Origin: Gordius albopunctatus
Taxonomy: Eukaryota
Direction of reading: 5' to 3'
Length of the DNA stretch: 64,000 nucleotides
Assembly (NCBI GenBank): GCA_964276515.1
Contig: OZ193910.1
Location: forward strand, 124,001 to 188,000
Each line of letters begins with the position of its first letter. Positions within the stretch are counted from its first letter, which is position 1. A model generated the notes under the pieces. The model saw nothing but the letters and a program-made list of their open reading frames with translations. It was not told the DNA's origin and did no database searches. This document shows positions 60,338 through 64,000 of the stretch, piece after piece. Both the position numbers and the translations under genes were made by a program.

Positions 60338-63300
60338 TCACACATCTTCTACCCCGATCATCGCGACCGAGTCTTGGATGTGCTGAAAAGAGAAAGGTTC
60401 AAATAGGTACCCAGTCCCGCTGTAAAATTTGCTCTGAAATTCGACCCTATAAATAATAATAAATAAATAAAGGGGGAAAGGTGTGAGAACGATTTGTGTG
60501 GTGTATCAAGTAAATCATACCAGTGCAAACGGAGGGCGTGCAAGAAAGCTGAAAGACCTTCCATGAACAGCAAAATGCCGACGGTGAGGACGGCCCAAAT
60601 GGCGAAAACGCAAAATATAACTATGCTCCCCGCATTGGTTGTGAATTTGAATCCAACGCGAAACACCATATTCCACAAAACTTCCGATAATTCTGCACAA
60701 TGGAACAAAAACGAAATGTAAAGGGGCACCTTGATGATGCTGGATAAAGAAAGAGTATACTAACGGGCGTGGGCCAAACTCAAAGCCCAGAGTCGGAGGT
60801 AGGAGGCGGTGTGAGATAGGCAACCCAAGCAAAATTCGATGGTGTGTATGGCTTGTTCAATCATGATTTCGGGGAAATTAAACTAATCGATCGGTGCAGG
60901 GACAGACAGACAGGATTAGATATGGTAAACGAGTGAGTGCGTATTATAACGACGACTCCATCTAAATAACATTACCACGTGCTCGTGATCCGATTGGGGG
61001 GAGCCCTTACTTTCGGCGCCGTGTGATTGGTCCACGGCGTTGGATGGGCGTCTAGATATGGAAGCAGGGGCAGGAGCGGAGTTATTGGGGCTCAAGAGAC
61101 CGTGCTAAAGACAGTAGAGTTAACATGAGCATTTACTATTTTTGTGAAAATAACATATCTTATTAATATATATATATAATCATTGGTTAGAATGGTAGAT
61201 GCTGTGACACGTGTCCAGGAGGATGGATGAGGTAGAGAATAAACCACCTGACTAGATGAAGTTGTGGTCGGGGTGTGGTCGTTGTTGGGAGTAAGTCTCC
61301 TGTTATTTGGCATATCAGGGTTCGTGGAATGATGCACATCAAGCACCGGATTTTCCATGCCCATCAAACGAGTTTTACGCTAGAGGAGAGCATGCGTGTG
61401 AAGAGGATGGGAAAGCATGCAAAGATTTATAAATATCAAAAATTGTACCAACGTGCGATGATACTCATTCACATGCGTGCATAGAAACAAATCATGCATA
61501 TAATCAAATAAAAGCAGGTAATATTCGCGATTTAAAACTTACTTTATACCTGATAATAATCATCAAGCTACATCTATGTTGGATAATTAAAACGTGCATC
61601 ATGCAAAAATTATTTACTACATCGTGCTCATAAAATCCAATAATCGTGCAATTAAACGTGCTCGAGGGGAGATAAAAACCATGCAAGGAATAAAAGTAGA
61701 AGGAGCGAGGGGGGGGGGTCTTAAAACTTCTCTAGGCATTACTCTACCGTATACATCGTAGCTGTAAGCAAACCCGAAGTCTAAGATTGGTCAAAGTTTG
61801 TCTGTCTTCAAAGTTAAAGTGTAAAAAAGGGTGAAAGGGGTTAGTGTAACCAACCTTGAGGTAATATTTGTTTTTGCGTCGGAGGAGCAAAGGTTTGGGC
61901 AAGAGCATCCAGGGAATGCAGAGGACAGCTATGATGACGAGCGCCATTTGCAATGGTTTCTGTAGGGGAGGGATGAAAGTAATTAAGGATTTTAAGAGAT
62001 ATGAACACTTACTTGGCCTTTGTAGAGCCAGGGGCTGCAAGTGTTGCCCTTTTCGGGCGGAGGATACGTCATGAGAAACATGTTAATCAGGTTGATCAGG
62101 AGACTCGGGGCGCATTGGGATTGCTTGGCGTCAAATTTGATCCACTTCACGATGATCACGATGCCCAAGTAGCCGAAGAGGCAAAACAAGAAGAGAATTT
62201 GAGGGATGAATTCGCAAATGATGTTCATCGGTTGACGAAAGTGCCTGCATGTACAGATACAAAATAAGTAAGGCAGCTCTTTATTGATCGAGGCAAAGGC
62301 TTACACGTGGTTGAAGAAGGAGAGGGAGATGCCCAACATCATGTGAATGACGCCGATGATGATGGAAATCTTCATTTTGTAGCTGTTACTGAAGGTGATC
62401 TTATTTTTAGACATTTGCCAAATCGGGTCGACACCGTACGGGTAGGGGTGGCCGGCGTAAATGCCGGGGTACGCGGGATCGAGACCGATGTGAGGCGTCT
62501 CTCTCAAGTCTTGAGCCGTCAAATTATTCCCAGGTCTCCAGGATGAACCGAAGATGTTGATGGATTTCGAGAATATGTCGTTGTACAGGAGCCCGGTGTA
62601 GATGCTGAACAGACCCATCATGAGAATGATGTAGCGGCCGCCGTAAAATATTCCAAACGTCTGGATAAGTAAGATCATCATTGCGACATATTATATGCTG
62701 AGTGAGTATGTTGTTAGTAGAGAACCGCAAAGTCACTTCACGAACCGGACCCGCAGGCAGTTAAAAATCTTCAACCCGAACCCAATGGTGACCCGTGTCG
62801 GTGTCTAGTTGTTAATATGGTAACATAATGAAAGATGAATACCTCATTCCTCGCAGCCCTAGCCAAAGAGCGTTCCTTGACGATCATATAAAGACCGACG
62901 AGTGCCATCAATACACCGTGACCCGCATCCCCGAACATGACGGCGAAGAGGAAAGGAAACGTCACGATGGTGTACGGCGCTAAAATATATGCATCAACAT
63001 AGCGTCATCGTAACATAAAATAGGAGCACACGTCGTCGATACGACTTAGGCGTCCGTGTTAACAGATATGGGGAATATGCGCAGGCATCGCTGCAAGTTA
63101 GTAAAGTTACGATGGGTAGGTGGGGGTCATACCCGGGTTCACTTCCCTGTATTTGGCAGCCCCGTAAGCGTCTACGATGTTTTGGAAGCCGCTGGTGTAC
63201 TTGTTGACCCTATTGTAGGTGGGTGGAGTCGCGTTCCCATAATCCATACGATTAACTATGCACGGCACCGTGCTCCCGCTATTCTCCTACCCCGCCCGCA

Positions 63301-63668
63301 TAACAACAAACATCACAATTTCATGCAATAATATAGTAGTGTGGTAAAAGGGGTATTTGTTGCACCCTTGGTTTTAGTAGACTAAAGATAAATAGACCGT
63401 TTATGTCGACTAAAACCGAAGCTTTTACGACACTAGGAGAGAGAGAGAGTGCATACCTCCCCACGCCTCAGAGCCAATTGTATCTTGTCTAGGTCGGGCA
63501 GGGGGCACCATCCTTCGGCAATCAAACATTTTTGCGTCACGTCCAAGCTGAACATGTTGAGGGTGTGGTAGATCGCTTTGATTTTTCGCACTTTGATGTA
63601 CCAAATCTTGATATTCTTCGCCGCAGCCACCAACACCCTGTGTCTGTGCTCCTGCGTTTGACTCAAAA
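60338..63668 (-). CDS. ATP6V0A1: V-type proton ATPase 116 kDa subunit a (C-terminal part); 5' exons lie beyond the window
   Basis: [111 protein letters not shown] (essential Arg present); [23 protein letters not shown]; stop at 60338. The vertebrate paralogue symbol is nominal. Confidence 0.93.
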
Positions 63669-64000
63669 CCTATCATGCATCAAAAAAAATTCTTTTTTTT
63701 TCAACATCAAAATTTTTCAAGTTTTTTCACATCACCTTTTAAATTATTATTTTGCCTGTTGGTCTTTTAAAAATGGATCCAATTAAGAGGTAGGGTAAAG
63801 CTGATTGCTACTAAATTCCAAAAAAGTCCAAATATAATTGCTCTTTATCATAAAACTTTAATTAATTTATTTTTTCAATTTTAGTGGGGGCACAAAAATG
63901 ATTTCTACAAACAACACCCAATTGATCCTTCATTCATTTAACATAAAAATTTTAATGAGAATATATATGAATGAGTACGGTGCTAAGATCTTCTATTCTA

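Overview
Eukaryotic (animal, apparently invertebrate) genomic DNA with spliceosomal introns, some only 33-42 bp long. There is no prokaryotic operon or CRISPR. Five conserved genes are recognisable from their translated exons: TRIP11/GMAP-210 golgin (-, 3' end runs off the left edge), mitochondrial IF2 (-), a YTHDC2-family helicase (+), NAA30 (-) and V-ATPase subunit a (-, 5' end off the right edge). The most notable items are: (1) a ~1,160-1,190 aa orphan gene with a hydrophobic N-terminus nested antisense in a 4.7-kb MTIF2 intron, where the 473- and 709-aa ORFs join through a phase-compatible GT-AG intron; (2) a YTHDC2 orthologue whose ATPase motifs II, III and VI and whose YTH domain look degenerate while its other domains are conserved, suggesting a pseudo-helicase; (3) an intact, very compact 3.9-kb Gypsy element with identical 90-bp LTRs, TG..TA ends and a start codon overlapping the PBS; (4) CpG-depleted, AT-rich 5' gene bodies; (5) a decayed GPCR-like sequence. 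Intergenic DNA is rich in nested transposons (hAT-type MITEs with 8-bp TSDs, a Helitron, RTE- and CRE-like LINE remnants, a Gypsy remnant). All homology calls come from motif recognition by eye; no database searches were run.
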